Source: Balamuthia mandrillaris (taxonomy: Eukaryota). Taken from it: a DNA stretch of 57,033 nt. Of the stretch, positions 11,334-23,401 are shown piece by piece. Below the pieces are notes generated by a model. It had not been told where the DNA came from. It saw only the letters and a list, made by a program, of their open reading frames with translations, and made no database searches. Where the stretch lies: NCBI GenBank assembly GCA_031835245.2, contig JAVKOQ020000092.1, forward strand, positions 124,001-181,033, given 5' to 3'. Both the position numbers and the translations under genes were made by a program. Each line of letters opens with the position of its first letter. Position 1 is the first letter of the stretch.

Positions 11334-12362
11334 TTACGATGGTTGGGATTCTTCTTCTTTCTTCTTGTTGGGACCAGCCCAAGAGAGGGCTTTCTTGCCT
11401 TGCTCCGCAGCGGCCGCTGTCTCCTCCACCCTCTTGGCTCTGGTTTGGGGTCTCTTGGCCAGCGAGATCCATCCCAAGATGCTCCGCCTGGCGGAGGGTG
11501 CCCAGGACTCGAAATGGGTCCGCCCTTTGCCTCCATGCCGCTCAAAGGCTGCAGCGAGGTCCTCAGGGATCTCCAAGGCCTCAGCAGAGTCTAGAAGGGA
11601 CCAGGAACCGTCCTCCTTGGCTCTCTGGATCTTCTCCAAGCCGGCAGGTTGAAGCAGGCCTTGCTCCTCCAACTTGGCCACCCTCTGCTTGTTGAGCTTG
11701 GACCAGACGCTGCCTTTCTTTCTTGGCGTGAACAGCTGGGCGCTGCGTTGAGCGTCCCAACTGTTCCACGTGGAGTCGATCCAACCAAAGCAAAGCGCCT
11801 CCTCCACGGCTTCGTTGTATGTGACAGAGGGCAGGTTGCTCCCCTTGCGCATGTAGACCAGCCATATGCCATTGCTGCCGGTGACATGGTTGGCGCAGAG
11901 CCACGCTCGCCAGGAGGCGCGTGAGGGAAAGGCGAGGAGAGGGCGGTCGTCGGTGGCGCTGCGGCCTTTAGGAAGTGGCTCGCTGCCCGATTGTCCTTTG
12001 GGATATTCTACCCATGGTGGGTAAGGAGAGGAGGAGTTAGCAGATACCTTTTCCTCCTCCTCCTCTTCTTCTTCTTGTTCTTGTTCTTCTTCTTCTTCTT
12101 CTTCTTCTTCTTCTTCTTCTTCTTCTTCTTTCTCCGGTTCCTCTTCTTCTTCCGGTTCTTCCTCTGCTTCATAGTTGGAGTCTTCCTCATCTTCTCCGCT
12201 GTCTAGGAATTCCTCGGTCTCTTTTTGCTTTTCTGCTTTGTTTCCATTGCTCACGTACCCGCGACGACGCTTCGAAGTGATGCGATGCTTCTCGGAGCTC
12301 CGTTGAGCCTCCGCCTCATTCTCTTCGCTGGTGTGCTGAACAATTGCGCTCCTTCTTTTCAT
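11334..12362 (-). CDS. YdeI/OmpD-associated (bacteriocin-protection, PF13376-like) family protein with acidic N-terminal extension; intronless
   Basis: WRAWLCANH...IWLVYMRKGS...VTYNEAVEEALCFGWIDS...FTPRKKGSVWSKLNKQRVAKLEEQGLLQPAG...EIPEDLAAAF...PSARRSILGWISLAKRPQTRAKRV closely follows the bacterial YdeI family consensus. Confidence 0.9.
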   Translation of the reverse strand: MKRRSAIVQHTSEENEAEAQRSSEKHRITSKRRRGYVSNGNKAEKQKETEEFLDSGEDEEDSNYEAEEEPEEEEEPEKEEEEEEEEEEEEEEEQEQEEEEEEEEKVSANSSSPYPPWVEYPKGQSGSEPLPKGRSATDDRPLLAFPSRASWRAWLCANHVTGSNGIWLVYMRKGSNLPSVTYNEAVEEALCFGWIDSTWNSWDAQRSAQLFTPRKKGSVWSKLNKQRVAKLEEQGLLQPAGLEKIQRAKEDGSWSLLDSAEALEIPEDLAAAFERHGGKGRTHFESWAPSARRSILGWISLAKRPQTRAKRVEETAAAAEQGKKALSWAGPNKKKEEESQPS

Positions 12363-12414
12363 TCTTTTCTTTTCCTTTTCGTCCCTTAAAAAAGAATATA
12401 TTAATTATTATTAC

Positions 12415-12506
12415 GTGTTCTTCTTCTTCTTGTTCTTCTTGTTCTTCTTCTTCTTGTTCTTCTTGTTCTTCTTCTTCTTCTTCTTCTTCTTCTTCTTCTT
12501 CTTCTT

Positions 12507-12537
<31 letters not shown>
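12415..12537. repeat. (TTC)n microsatellite between the YdeI gene and the GST 3' end
   Basis: Direct inspection. Confidence 0.95.
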
Positions 12538-12541
12538 TTGG

Positions 12542-13291
12542 TTAAAAGCTGTAGGGCTTTGAGTCGTAGTATGCCTTGATCTTGGGCAGGTTAGCCAGCT
12601 TCTCGTAGGTGGCCTTCACTCGAGGAAAGTGCTCCAAGCCCTCACGCACGCCCTCCATCCGGAACAAGAAGTGCAACACGACCAGCAGCTGAAGGTCCGC
12701 ATAGGAGACGTTCTCCCCAACAAAGTAGCCGGTGCCGTTCTTGGCGAGGGCGCGCTCGAAGAAGCCCAACCATTTGGGCAGGTCCTCCGAGAGGAACTTG
12801 CCACGCAGCTCGGCAACTTTGGAGGGGTCCTCCCCTGGTGGTGCGAACACAGCCTTGCCACCGCATAAACCAAACTCGCCAATGCCTTCGTTGAACATGT
12901 CGATCAGAGCAGCTTCCGTCTCGTTCGTACCTTTTTGTTGGGAGCGGAGGCAGTTTGACGGAGAGGACATAAAGAAGAGTCAAACTGAAAAGAGGAGTAA
13001 CAGAACCGAACCATTGAAGCCATGCTTTTGGGCAAGGCAGCGAGTGATAGCGTTGCTTTGGACGAGGTCAAGCCCGGCTTCGGGGTCCTGGTACCGTGGC
13101 ACCTGGCCAAAGGCCAAGGCCTCGCCGTGCTGGCTCTTGTACTCCCCCCAATCTCCGCCCTCGGAGCCATGGAACGACAGGCCCACCCACTCGTAGTCTG
13201 TACCGGCCAGCTCCAAGATCAGGCGGGGGACCTCACCTCTACCAGCAAAGTTGAAGTACGTGAGCGTGGGCTTGGTGCCGGACATCCTCAT
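12542..13291 (-). CDS. Glutathione S-transferase (sigma/alpha/mu-like, Tyr-type), 2 exons
   Basis: LTYFNFAGRGEVPRLILE, FGQVP, LVQSNAI in exon 1; YFVGENVSYADL and FPRVKATYEKLANLPKIKAY in exon 2; intron ~12932-13010. Confidence 0.92.
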
Positions 13292-13625
13292 CTTGCTTGT
13301 AAATTTGTGTCGACAAATTATTAAATTAATACCTGGAAAAGTTTCTCCTGAAAAATTGAAAATAATCACTGAAATAAACGATTTTCGAATAATTGTCAAA
13401 AAAGGAGTAAATTTTGACTAACCTTTAAATCGTGTCGTCTTGAAATAGCTATTGTACTGTGCAGATAAGCTGAAGCAAAAAAGCAGAAATCGAGCAGCCT
13501 TATCCACGCATTTTTTTGTTTGTTGGCAGAAAACCAAAAAAAAAAAGTAGTGAAGAAAGAAAGTAGTTAGTGGTGGTGGGGAGAGAGAGAGAACCAACAA
13601 ACGACAAAAAACAAATTCGCCTAGC

Positions 13626-14825
13626 ATGGCTTCGATCGGTGAGGTGACCCAGAAATTCAACGCTTTTAGGGATGAGGTGAAGAGCAGCAACACCAACCTC
13701 GAGCAGGCCTCGCAGATGCTCACGGACCTCAAAGTACTTGCTTGTTTTTTTTTTTCCCTGCCAGTGGCTTTCTGTTTCGAACGCCTTTTTAATCTCTCTC
13801 TTAATCTGAATCTTACACAAAGATCTTGATGACCAACTTCACATTCTTGTTGCCTGGAAAAGATGTCTCCCCAGAAGCTCTCAGAGAAGCCTTCATCTCA
13901 AGTACGTGGCAAAGCATCACAAACTTCACTATTTTTTTTGTTCAGCTGAAGATTTGACCTTTTTTTCCTCCTCCTCCTTCGATCAAAAAGGGGAAATATT
14001 GGAACATGCGGTCTTGTTATCAGTGAAGCAACGGGACCCTGCCTCGTTTGAACGCCATCTCGCTCAACTCAAAACTTACTATGACTCAAAGTAATACGCC
14101 TACTCTGCTCTCCCTCTCTCGCTTCGTTCTCTGCCTCTTTCGTCTGTTCTCTTTTCTCTTTTGTTGTTCTTCTTCCTTCTTGTTCTATTTTCTAAAGTCG
14201 CATTGTTGTCTGCTTTTTCCTCTTTGCCATATCAGCCGCTTCAAAGATCTTCCTCCTTCACCTCTCCAATACACCATCTTGGGATTGAACCTGCTTCGCC
14301 TGTTGGCGCTGAACCGCATCTCTGACTTTCACACAGAGCTGGAGCTGATCCCGGTAGAGCAACACGAGAATGTCTACATCAAACACCCTGTCATGTTGGA
14401 GCAGTACATTATGGAGGGTTCCTACAACAAAGTCTTTGAGGCGGCCAAAGACGTCCCCTCTGATACTTATTCCTTCTTCATGGAGTACTTGTTGGAGACT
14501 AGACTTAAGTAACTTCTCTCTCTCTCTCTCACTCTCTTCTCTCTCTCTCTCACTCTCTCTCACTCTCTCTCTCTCTTTCGCTCTCTCACTCTCTCTCTCT
14601 CTCTCTTTCGCTCTCTCTTTCTCTCTCTCTCTCTTTCGCTCTCTCTTTCTCTCTCTCTCTCGTTCTGTTTTTTGTTTGGTTGAATGCTCATTTATATGGT
14701 CATAAAAGAGATGAAATTGCAGAATGCAGTGAAAAGGCATATGAATCTCTTTCAGTAAAGGCTGCCCAAGAGCTTTTACACTTTAGGGACAGCGAGTCTC
14801 TCCTCTCTTATGCTGCTGAGGTTCG

Positions 14826-14861
<36 letters not shown>

Positions 14862-15053
14862 AAGCGGCTTTCTTGTCGAGAAGACTTTCTCATTCGTTTC
14901 CATTGTGCTAAAAAAAACACGCAGAGAGGATGGGAGGTAGTGGGCGATACGATTAATCTTCAAAAGAAAAAGGAGGAGCTGCCTCAGATCCCCTCCATCA
15001 ATGTAATCGGCCAGACCCTCGCCTACGCCAAAGAGCTTGAACGCATTGTCTAG
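13626..15053 (+). CDS. RPN12: 26S proteasome regulatory lid subunit Rpn12/PSMD8, multi-exon
   Basis: EILEHAVLLSV...FERHLAQLKTYY, ILGLNLLRLLALNRISDFHTELELIP, YIKHPVMLEQYIMEGSYNKV, RDEIAECSEKAYESL, and C-terminus LAYAKELERIV. Confidence 0.95.
14515..14660. repeat. Intronic (CT)n microsatellite
   Basis: Direct inspection; in an Rpn12 intron. Confidence 0.9.
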
Positions 15054-15158
15054 AAAGGTGGTTATATTCTTCGTTTTAATATTACAAACGCAAACATAAG
15101 GTTTTTCCTTTTTTCCCTTTTTTTTTTTGGTGCTTCCTCTGTTCTTCTCCCTGTCATC

Positions 15159-15202
<44 letters not shown>

Positions 15203-15220
15203 CTCTTCAGAGCATCATGG

Positions 15221-16916
15221 TTAGGTTTCTCCTGCTGTTGGGAAGGAGGGAGGAGGAATTTCCACGAAGAGCATGGCCGAGGCGTAAAAGCACTCGGTGG
15301 AAGGCTCGTTGCCATACGCCGCCGTTACCGCCACAACCAAGTCTTTGGCCAGTTGCGGCTTGTCGGTGCACCACTGCACGGGTTGTTTCGGCAGATCTCT
15401 CTCAAGTTTCTCCCTCTCGCGTCCCTCTTCTTCGACAATCTCTTGCGCCTGCCTGCGCGCTTGCCTCTCTGTATTCATCCATCTGGAACCGATTAGCCGT
15501 TTGATGAGCTCTGCCTCTCTTGCGCGTTGCTGCAACAAAGGGTCCAACGGTGGGAAGGCTTCCACGAGAAGCTTCGGCTTGAACTTGGCGCAGATGTACT
15601 CGAGTTCATTGTCGTACTCCCCTTCGCCAACGCATTCGTTCGTGATCTCTATCTTCCTCGGAAAGCGTTCGAACACCAGCAAGGCCTTTGGGCTGAGTTC
15701 TGATGGCACCGATGAGCAGAGATCCAGAGCAAAGAAGCAGCGGAGGGAGGTCTCCAAGCCGAGGCTAGTGGCAGCCTCCTGCACCAGCGCGTCAAAGCCT
15801 TTGAGCAACGCGGAGAGCGTGGGGGCTTGGGAGAACTGCTCCGTCGAATAGCTGTGCTGGCAGTGGAAGGCCAGAGTGACACCCTCGGGAAAGCAGTCCG
15901 GGTCCGCAAGGATGGCCGCGAGGTGCTTCCTCACCATGTCCATGTCCAACACGCGCTTGGTGGGGACCGTGGATGGGCTGCCACTGGTCCTACTCGCTTG
16001 TGGGAACTCGCCTTCTGTTTTCCTCGCCTTGCTCTTGGGCATTTGCGCTTTCTTTGCTCTGAAGCCTGCCTCTTCCTTCTCCTCCTCGTCCATGCTCCTC
16101 TTCTTGCATTCGGGTTCTCTTGGGCTCTTGGGCTCAACTTTTTTCTCTGCTGTCGTTTCGTGCTGCTTGCATTCGGGTTCTCTTGGGTTCTTGGGTTCTA
16201 CTATTTTCTTTGCTCTCCTCCTTTGGGGCTGCTTGCATTCGGGTTCTCTTGGGCTCTTGGGTTCCACTTTTTTCTCTGCTGTTGTTTTGTACTTCTTCTG
16301 TGCTTCCTCCTCTTCATCTTTTTTCTCCTCCTCCTTCTTATACGCCTCCTTCTCCTTCTTCTCCTTTTCCTTCTCCTTCTCCTCGTCATCCTTCTTGTGC
16401 TCCTCCAGGTGCTGGGCACGTTCGCTGTAAAGGTTATAGGTGAGGGTGATGCGGTGCCCTGCCGTGACGGGAAGGATTTCATGCTCGCAGTCCGCATAAA
16501 ACGCCGCCCACTTCACCGAGCAGCGCTCGTGGTGTGCTTCCTTTGGCTGTGGTCGCTTGGCCTCGCATTCTGGCTCGCTCAACTGCTGGGTCTGCTTGGC
16601 CTCCCTACCGCCATCATCTCCCACAAGCTGTTCTCCTGCTGCGCTGCCCATCGTCGTTGAGGCCAAGTCGAAGACCACCTCCGATGGCGCCTGTCTCACC
16701 ACGAGCTCTCCTCCTTGGAAGCATGTCGGCAGGCAGACCACCAAGGAGCCGAACATGCCGTCTCCCCGCGGTGTGTCCACGTGGGCTTTGAAGTGTCCGC
16801 CCTCCGGATAGACGTTCAGCTTGTACAGCTCTGCTCGCACCTTCCAGCTGTTTGGCGCCAGTATTCTCTTTATCTTTGTTGTGTTGGAGTTCGTGTTTGG
16901 AAAAAGAAAGAGATGA

Positions 16917-16971
<55 letters not shown>

Positions 16972-17566
16972 AGAAGAGAGTTGGAACCTTGTCGAGAATG
17001 TCATTTTCAGAAGGGACAAAGTTGGTGAGGAAATAGTGGGGAGAGAGCTGCAACGCACGACGATAGCTCGGGTCCAACACCTCTTTGCTGCCTTTGCCGA
17101 ACGTGGCCGCCGAACAACACTTTATCAGCCCCGCCAGCGCTTCTCCTTCCAGCTCCTCCACGCTTCCACGCCTCGTACCTTCAGGGTTCATCAGCGGAAA
17201 GGACAAAAACCCTGAAACGAGCTTCTCGCCTTCTCCTTCGTTTGTTGTCGTCGGTGCCACACTCTTCTGGAAGGACACCCGAAGGGGATGAGAAAGCTCC
17301 GTAGCGCCACCGCAACAAAAGAGAGAGTCCTGGCGAAGCGCCCTAGAAGCGCCTTTCAGAGCAGCCACGCGAATGCTTCTTCGCAGAGCAGGGCTGGAGG
17401 AGTGCACCAGGGCCAACCAACGGCGGCTGGCCTGACGCAAGCGGAGCTTGTCCTGCAGCTCGAGCGAGTTGACCACCAGGCGCTGAACCTCTGCAGGGAG
17501 CTCATCGAGGTGTGGCGCGCGCGTTTGCTGTTGCGACGAGGCCGTTGTTGTTCTCGTCGCTGACAT
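15221..17566 (-). CDS. F-box domain + 2OG-Fe(II) oxygenase (prolyl-4-hydroxylase-like) fusion protein
   Basis: N-terminal F-box LDELPAEVQRLVVNSLELQDKLRLRQASRRWLALV. Oxygenase motifs LYKLNVYPEGGHFKAHVDTPR (HxD), GSLVVCLPTCFQGGELVV, WAAFYADCEHEILPVTAGHRITLTYNL (distal His, 2OG-binding Arg). In-frame (CT)n intron ~16873-16988. Confidence 0.87.
16103..16285 (-). repeat. Three coding tandem repeats (~63-66 bp) encoding KKVEPKSPREPECK-like units
   Basis: TTGCATTCGGGTTCTCTTGGG occurs three times in this span. Confidence 0.85.
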
Positions 17567-18525
17567 TTCGTGAAACAGCAACTCTCTTTAAGCCTGCCTT
17601 TTGTTTTATTTGTGTTATGTTATGTTATGTCTTTATGTTGTTTTTAACAGCAACAAGTTTGCAGAAGGCCTCGTGCGAATGATCTTCGTGCCCTTACAGG
17701 TGGAATGTCGTGCCCGTTCAAACCGCTTAAGAGGAAATATTCAGTCAGGGAACATAACTCCCCCTCTATCCTGATGATGAGGTAGGCATGCAGGAGGTTC
17801 CCCCTTTTTCAGGCTGAGCCTCTCTGCGGGAGAGTAGCAGAGAGCTTTTGCTTGTTCTTGTGCTCTCCTTTTACGCCACGTCTCCCTATTTTCTGTTCAC
17901 TTCCTCTGTTTTCCTGAATCCACAACCGGGCCTCGGTAATGCGTTGGCCTGAGAGAGTGTTGTTTCCTCAGAGGTCATTCTTAAATGTAAGAGAGAGCAG
18001 TTAGCTGGTGGGCCGGACTGTTCCAACCTCTCGATCCAACGACCTCCAGAAAAGATGAACGCCACGCGAACCCCTCAGCTGGAAAGGGAACCATGAACAC
18101 CGCTCAAGTGAGAATATCATAACGCAGAAGTTACAGGGAACACATCTGGCCTTCAAAACAGAGGCACCCACTCCCTTCTCGCCATGGAGAAACAGTCACG
18201 GAGGTTATGCTCCGGGCAGAGTGCGAGGCAAAGCTCTGTGTCTGTGTCATTGTTCCGGTCAAACGCTAGCGACGCTATTCGCTTTGTGCTGCCAGTCAAC
18301 CGATCAGACCCATAGCTTAACTTGTTCGGCACAGTTGAGCCACAGGACCTTCGATCGCTTATCTTTTTATGTTGAAAATGATTAATATAACAGTTAATCG
18401 AAAGTTAATAGAATAGTTTATCAGTGCATAGCCGTCAGCCCGGTTTGTTTTTTGAAAACTCCTAGCCTTTTTTTTTTGTTATAAAACTTACAAACGTTAC
18501 TCCGGTTTTGCGGGGGGGGCTACAA

Positions 18526-20849
18526 ATGCTGTTCAACGTTTCGATGTTCGTCTCTTTACTGCTGGCTTCATCGTGGATTCTTCACGTTCAGGGCCAGACG
18601 TGTGTTCCTTGGGACGGGGAACCTTCCTATTGCGGCCAGTTCGAGGAATGGCAAGGTTTGTTTTCGTTTTCTCCTGTTTGCTTTCTCTTCTTCTCTGTTT
18701 CTGCAAAGGTGCAGTACAGAAACAAAAACAAAAAAACGACGGACCTCTTTTTGTGTGTTGAACTTCACAATGTTGTTCAGGAAACAAGTCCTAACGTTTT
18801 CTTTCGCTTCAGTTCCAGGCGTGCGTATTTATGTTCCGGTCAACTGGACTCTGGCCTCCCTGCAGACCCCCATCCGCACGGCCGTGAACGTGGTGGGTGT
18901 TATGGGTGATGACGGTTCCCTCAGTTCTCGGTGCCGGGGAATGTGGGCTCGTCTTGCCTGCTCGACGTTCTTGAGACCTTGCGCAAACATTACAGGGGAG
19001 CTGTACCCAACCCCAGTTCAAACTTGTCGCACCAGATGCGAAGAATATGGTACTGCTTCAAAACTTCTTTTGCGCTGTATCACCCATGCGTTTCTGTAAT
19101 CTTCTCACAAACGTAAAACAAACAGTAAATGAATGTAGTGAGGACGCCGCGGCTGTTGGTGCGGTCATTGGCTTAGGTCTTTACTTCCCACCTGGATATG
19201 CCCGTCCTCTCACTTGCAATGAGACGGACTTTGATGACCAACCCTTCTATCAAACCGACAACTACTCCGTCACCCTGCCATCGGGAATTGACCATCAGCT
19301 ACAATGCAACCAATTGGACTCCACGGGGGCTCAGTTATTGTGCGAACCGCCATTGGAGAACCTAGGCCAGACCAACAATTGTGCATTCGAGTGTCCTCTT
19401 CCTGCTTATACGGAAGACCAGTACGATTCGGTGCAGATATTGCAGCTCGTGTTGAGCTGGTTTTCTTGGGTTCGTTTGGACATTTCTCTTTTTTCTCGTT
19501 TTGTTTCCACTCCAGCTTACCATAATGATTCAACAGGCAGGGAGTTTGGTAGTCATTCTATCTTACGCCCTCCACAGCAAGCTGCGGCAATTCCCTGCGA
19601 ACTTGATCCTGATGGCCGCTGTATCTGCGCATGCAGAGTCAGTCGGCATGATCCTTCCCACGTTCTTTGGCTACGACAATACGTGGTGTGGCTTTGACTC
19701 AGCGTATCTCGTTCCTGATAGCAAGGCCGCTGGTGGCACGTTGGTGATTACCTTCCGCATGGAAGATCTGTCGGTGGAATCGGGGTTGTGCACATTCCAA
19801 GGCTGGTTGGTGCAAATGGGATTCTTGTCGAGCACCATGTGGTGGGGCATCATCGCCTTTAACATGTTCCTTTCTGTATGTTTCCTGCTTCTTCTGCTTC
19901 TCCTTTGTCTACGTCTTCTTCTGCTTTCTTCTTCTCGTTACGAATTCCCCAGGTGTTTATTGTTCTAACTTGCGTTTGCTGGCCAGGTTTACTTTGGAAA
20001 GAAGCTGCCGACCACAAAAACATGGACAGTGGGCCTGCAGGTCGTGTTGCATGTTTGCGGGTGGGCAGTTCCCTGTTTACTCATGCTTATCCCAGCTGCA
20101 GCTGGACAAATTTCCTTCAATCCTGGAGCCACCTTGTACGCCATTCGTTTGAGTTTATTCCTGCGTTCTTTCTTTCCCTCCTCTGTTTTTTTTCTCTCTC
20201 TCTCTCTCTCTATCTCTTTCCATAACAATGAAGAAGAGCTAATCCAAAGCAACAATACAGTTGCTCGTTGGATTCGGCAGATGTTTATTTCCTGGTGTTT
20301 TGGGCCATTCCCATCGGTATCATCCTGTTGGTTGGCACCCTTCTCTTCTTGGCTTCTTTGGTTCGCCTCATGCAGTTCGCCCGCCAAATGAAAGAACTGA
20401 AAAAGGCCTGCAATACCTACTTCCGAGTGGTCATCTTCATTTTCATCTACTTGAGCCTCATCACGTTCATCTTCGCCTATTCTCTGCGAGTGGTCTCCGC
20501 CAAAGACACCATCGAAGAGGGTTACTCCGACTACTACAGATGTCTCATCTTGGATCGTGAGGCTTGCTCATTGTCAGCGGAAGTGCACAATTATGGGTTG
20601 GCGGTGTTGCGGAGCATCGGGTACTCTTCTCTGGGCTTGCTGCTGTTCTTCAACTTTTGCGTCGGCCCATCGACAGGCAGGTTTTGGTGGAACTTCTTCA
20701 CGCTCATCGTACAAGGAAAGTTCAGCAGCATGTTTACAAGCGACAGGTCGCCAAACACTGGCAAGTCTCCCAGCAGGTCCAAGAAGAGCAGGTCAAGCGG
20801 CACCAAAGAAGTGATGACCGTGAGCATGGATGAAGAGAATGATCCTTAA
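18526..20849 (+). CDS. Frizzled/Smoothened-like 7TM GPCR with extracellular cysteine-rich domain (Dictyostelium Fsl-type), multi-exon
   Basis: Signal peptide, CRD (CRGMWARLACSTFLRPC...QTCRTRCEE...EC), CAFECPLPAY linker, TM helices with LRQFPANLI, CTFQGWLVQMGFLSSTMWWGIIAFN, HVCGWAVP, FWAIP; Ser/Lys-rich tail. Confidence 0.85.
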
Positions 20850-21085
20850 CAATTGTATATTTCTTTCTGAACTCGCTATTTCGTGTGTCTTATTTTTCCC
20901 CATGTTTTCAAGCGTTTACGCAGCTTGTTTCGGAGGGCAAGAAAAGAACGAAGGCCGAAAGATAAGACAGAAGACACAACGGGCCCAACGGAAGAAGCGC
21001 TTGTACTGTTGAGCTGATCCTGTCCAAGTCACTTTGCGCCGGAAAGTTTGAAAAAAAAGAGATAAGCGTCATGGTATACATATGT

Positions 21086-21484
21086 TTACTGCTCTTTCTT
21101 TTCCATTGAAGCAGCGGAGTTCGTTAACCGCTCGATGCATTCCAACCGTTCGACCAACGAAGGGTGGGAGTAGTGGTAATGGGCATAACATGGATCTGGC
21201 ATTACGTTCAAAAGATTGTTGGCATGAATCTTGATGAGAGCACTACGAAGCTTCGTCAAACCATTCTCTATAGCATAGGCGTCTGCTGAAAACTCAAACC
21301 TAGTAAAAGGATTTGTTACCAGAGAAGTAGTAAGATAGAAAAAATAACTGGAGAAAGAAATAACGAACCGTCGGTTGATAGAGTTGGTAAGCCAGTGCAA
21401 CAGATTCGCGAAAGAAGAGTAGATATAAGAAAAAAGGACCAAGCCGATTGCCGCCTGCCCAGAAATAATGTGAGCAACTGAACG

Positions 21485-21530
<46 letters not shown>

Positions 21531-21915
21531 GGGTTTGGAAAAGCCAAAGCTGGCATAAAACTCTGGCATATAAACTACACGAGAGAAGAGGAAGATGAAC
21601 GTAGCCAAGCTGAGTAACTGAATCACCAACGTTTTGAGAGTGTCTGAGGGTAGTGCCATGAAGCCATTGAAATTAGGCAAACAGAAAGAGAAGCAGAATA
21701 GCCAAACAAAGTAACGGAAACACGAACGAAAGTAAACATGGTGGCCAATCTCATGACCAATGATGGCGAGGATTTCTTTGGTTTTGAGCTGATGAAGCAG
21801 TGGTTTATATAGTACTATCTTCTTTGAAAAGCGATAGCCCATCAGAAAACTGTTTTCATCCATCCATTCATAGAAGTAATAATAAAATCAGTCAGTGTTT
21901 GATTGGAACACGGGA

Positions 21916-21972
<57 letters not shown>

Positions 21973-23401
21973 GTCACAACGTACGCATTGGAGTGTGCAA
22001 CAAAATTGGGACTCTTTTCTAGAACAAGGATCTGAGAGAGCGGAAAGCGAAGTGCAGTAGCAAGGCGAGTGATCTCATCACGGAGCTCACCCGAAGGAAG
22101 AACGGAGAAAGTGTAGAAGAAAGGAGCAATAATGTCGTAGATGTCCGTAAAGAGAACAGCTATGAACGTCATGAATATGCACATGTCTTTTGTGTCACAG
22201 ATTCAATTAGCACGAGAAGGAAGAAGATGAAAACAGAAGGAGCAATAACAAAGAAGAAAGTTGATAAGAAGAGAAAAGGTGGAAGAGAAGAAAGAAGGTT
22301 ACAAAGCCAATAGAACCGCAGATTCCATTTGAGCAACGCGAGAGCGAACATCATCAGAGGAATGCCAACGCACAAGGACAGAGCAAACATCTTGGATTGC
22401 GTCCAAAACCACGACCAAAGAATGGCCGGCAACCGCTCCACCCGAAAGGACATATCTACACACAACAGCTTGAACAGAGCGAAAGGAACCCTTACCATAG
22501 ACGTCACAAAGCTCACCAGCAGAACGAACAGAGTGCCTCTGGTTATCTGGAGAAGAAAGGAAAGAGCAACGAAAAGGTGAGACCAAGCAAGGAAGAGATA
22601 ATGAAAATAAAGCTACAAGCATAGAAAAAAATGAAAAAAGAAGGAAGACGAAATAACGATGAATGAAGACAGAAAGAAGAAGAAGAAGAAGAAGAAGAAC
22701 AAGAAGAACAAGAAGAACAAGAAGAACAAGAACAAGAACAAGAAGAAAGAAGAACAAAACAAAAAGAAGTAAAATGAAAAATGAAAAAAGAAGAAAGAAG
22801 TAAACCTCATATTCAGGGCCAAGGTGGAAGAAACCCATCAAAACGAGAGTGAAGGACCAAACCCAGACCAGCCCTTCATTCATCAGCACGAGCCCTTCCC
22901 CCACAAACATCAGGGTGGCTTGCATGCCATGAAACACGTGTCTCATTATGCTCTGTTTTTTTTTGTTCAACAAAAAATAAATAAATAAATAACAAAAAAA
23001 ATAACATTAAAAAATAAAATAAAATAAAATAAAAAATGAGATAAAAAATTAAAAAAATAAAAAAATAAAAAAAAACAAAAAATAAAAATAAATAAATAAA
23101 AAAATAAATAAATAAATAAAAGATTCAAAAAAAAACTCTTCAATGGTAATCGTACCCAAGAATTACGTTTCTTCATGCGCTCCTCATCGATGGTGACCCA
23201 TTGGTGGAGGATAGGGGGGATCTGCGGGGTGACCAAGCGTCGGATCTGCCGAAAGTCCAGGTAGCACTCCAGCATGAAGAAGACGAGGGAGCCGATGATG
23301 GTGACGTTGAACCAGGGCACCTGCCGAAGGCCGTGCTGCAAGATGGAGACCGCCTCGTAACGCACCTGCTGCAAGGTCTCCAACGAAAAAAGGGACAACA
23401 T
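21086..23401 (-). CDS. STE24: CAAX prenyl protease 1 (Ste24/ZMPSTE24-like, peptidase M48A), multi-exon
   Basis: ECYLDFRQ, IIAPFFYTFSVLPSGELRDEI, AHSNAY, KKIVLY, EILAIIGHEIGH (HExxH), RFEFSADAYA, HYSHPSLVERL; multiple TM segments. Confidence 0.85.

Noticed and set aside
17774..17817. C box (ATGATGA) and D box (CTGA) suggesting a C/D snoRNA
   Set aside because: Only ~44 nt apart and no recognisable rRNA-complementary guide; kept only as part of the unexplained-region finding.
22960..23150. Extremely AT-rich island suggesting a foreign insertion
   Set aside because: It lies within a GT-AG intron of STE24 and consists of (AAAT)n-like simple repeats; no terminal repeats or target-site duplication seen.
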